The position numbers and the translations under genes were made by a program. Shown in pieces: positions 63,066-64,000 of a stretch of DNA of 64,000 nt. The notes below the pieces were generated by a model, which saw nothing but the letters and a program-made list of their open reading frames with translations, was not told the origin of the DNA and did no database searches. The stretch comes from Selaginella moellendorffii (taxonomy: Eukaryota > Plantae > Lycopodiophyta). Location: the NCBI RefSeq assembly GCF_000143415.4, contig NW_003314417.1, forward strand, positions 185,752 through 249,751. The letters run 5' to 3'. Position 1 is the stretch's first letter, and each line of letters starts with the position of its first letter.

Positions 63066-63381
63066 TGTAGAAGAGTNNNNNNNNNNNNNNNNNNNNNNNN
63101 NNNNNNNNNNNNNNNNNNNNNNNNNNNNNNNNNNNNNNNNNNNNNNNNNNNNNNNNNNNNNNNNNNNNNNNNNNNNAATTTTATATTAAAATTGATATGG
63201 TTAGTAATGCATCATACATAATGAATCATAATTATTTTATGTGTACCTTGTATAATTAGTGTGAATCACTAACACCATACAATAGAAAATACAATAGAAG
63301 ACTACAATAGAAGACTTCACTCAACAATCAGAATTTTAAATGTGATATAATGTTATGAGTTATATTTATTATGTTATGATG

Positions 63382-63569
63382 TGTGTTGGTGATAGAGTGA
63401 ATTGTAGAAGGGATTTTTAATATAAAGATTATATTATGTTTAACTATGTATGTTATCATTATGATTATGTTAAAAATTACAATTGCTATTACAACTCTTT
63501 GAAGTTACTAAAATATTAGGAATAAACACGATGCTCCCAGCATAGCTGGGACTTTAATCACTAATTTTC
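63382..63569 (+). repeat. Inverted repeat right arm ending in a Helitron-like hairpin + CTAA
   Basis: tcccagc-ata-gctggga at 63535-63551, ctaa at 63561-63564. Confidence 0.8.
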
Positions 63570-64000
63570 TTGGTATTGATTGGTATGTACTTATACAATT
63601 AGAATTCTAGATTAGTGGATTCACAGTGATGTGAATGTATATAATCCAGGATATACATTATCCTGGATCAATCATCTAAGTAGCCGAATTATATAATTGG
63701 TTATATAACTTCATATGATCAATATAATCAATATAATTCATGTATGCAATCAATATATAATGCAATATATAGAAATATTCAAGCATGAGATTTCATAGAT
63801 GGTTATGTTAAAAGTTTTGAATGTGAAAGTGTGGGAAAGCTTACTCAATTGTAAAAAGTTCAGCCTTTTATATATCATGATTTTAAAAAAATATTCTGTA
63901 ATTACATTAACCTCAAAGGATATCCCACTCTCAACTATTTTGACAACTTTTTTGAGTTGACAACTATCCAAAATTTGTATCGATAAGTATTTTTGGTTTT

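Noticed and set aside
62708-63569. Pack-MULE call
   Set aside because: No 8-11-bp TSD at the arm ends, and the termini resemble Helitron 3' ends.

Overview
Plant nuclear DNA with four assembly gaps, almost entirely nested transposable elements; no intact host gene is evident. Short introns and the gene content would fit a non-seed plant such as a lycophyte (inference only). Left to right: (1) a transposon-type gene at 1029-3019 surrounded by about 9 copies of a 22-bp palindrome and a 192-bp foldback; (2) a decayed Ty3/gypsy gag-pol on the minus strand with PBS and LTR end; (3) LTR remnants of two further families; (4) a decayed PIF/Harbinger transposase; (5) Helitron helicase remnants, at least six hairpin+CTRR 3' ends, and captured gene fragments (DUF2358, LAF3-like amidohydrolase, kelch protein, acyl-activating enzyme); (6) a 25.7-kb self-nested cluster (26833-52541, TSD AGTTA) of a non-coding LARD-like LTR family ('family A'). 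Family A LTRs carry a zoned hexamer minisatellite. Its internal region carries a conserved, hairpin-dense cassette with two tandem tRNA T-arm mimics. It shares its PBS and U5 end with the gag-pol element in the same window, and it has been hit independently twice by a tail-less L1/Tx1-type LINE, both times at TCRAAC. The best candidate for an undescribed system is this three-tier set of autonomous gypsy, structured-RNA non-autonomous element and site-preferring LINE. All alignments were done by eye.
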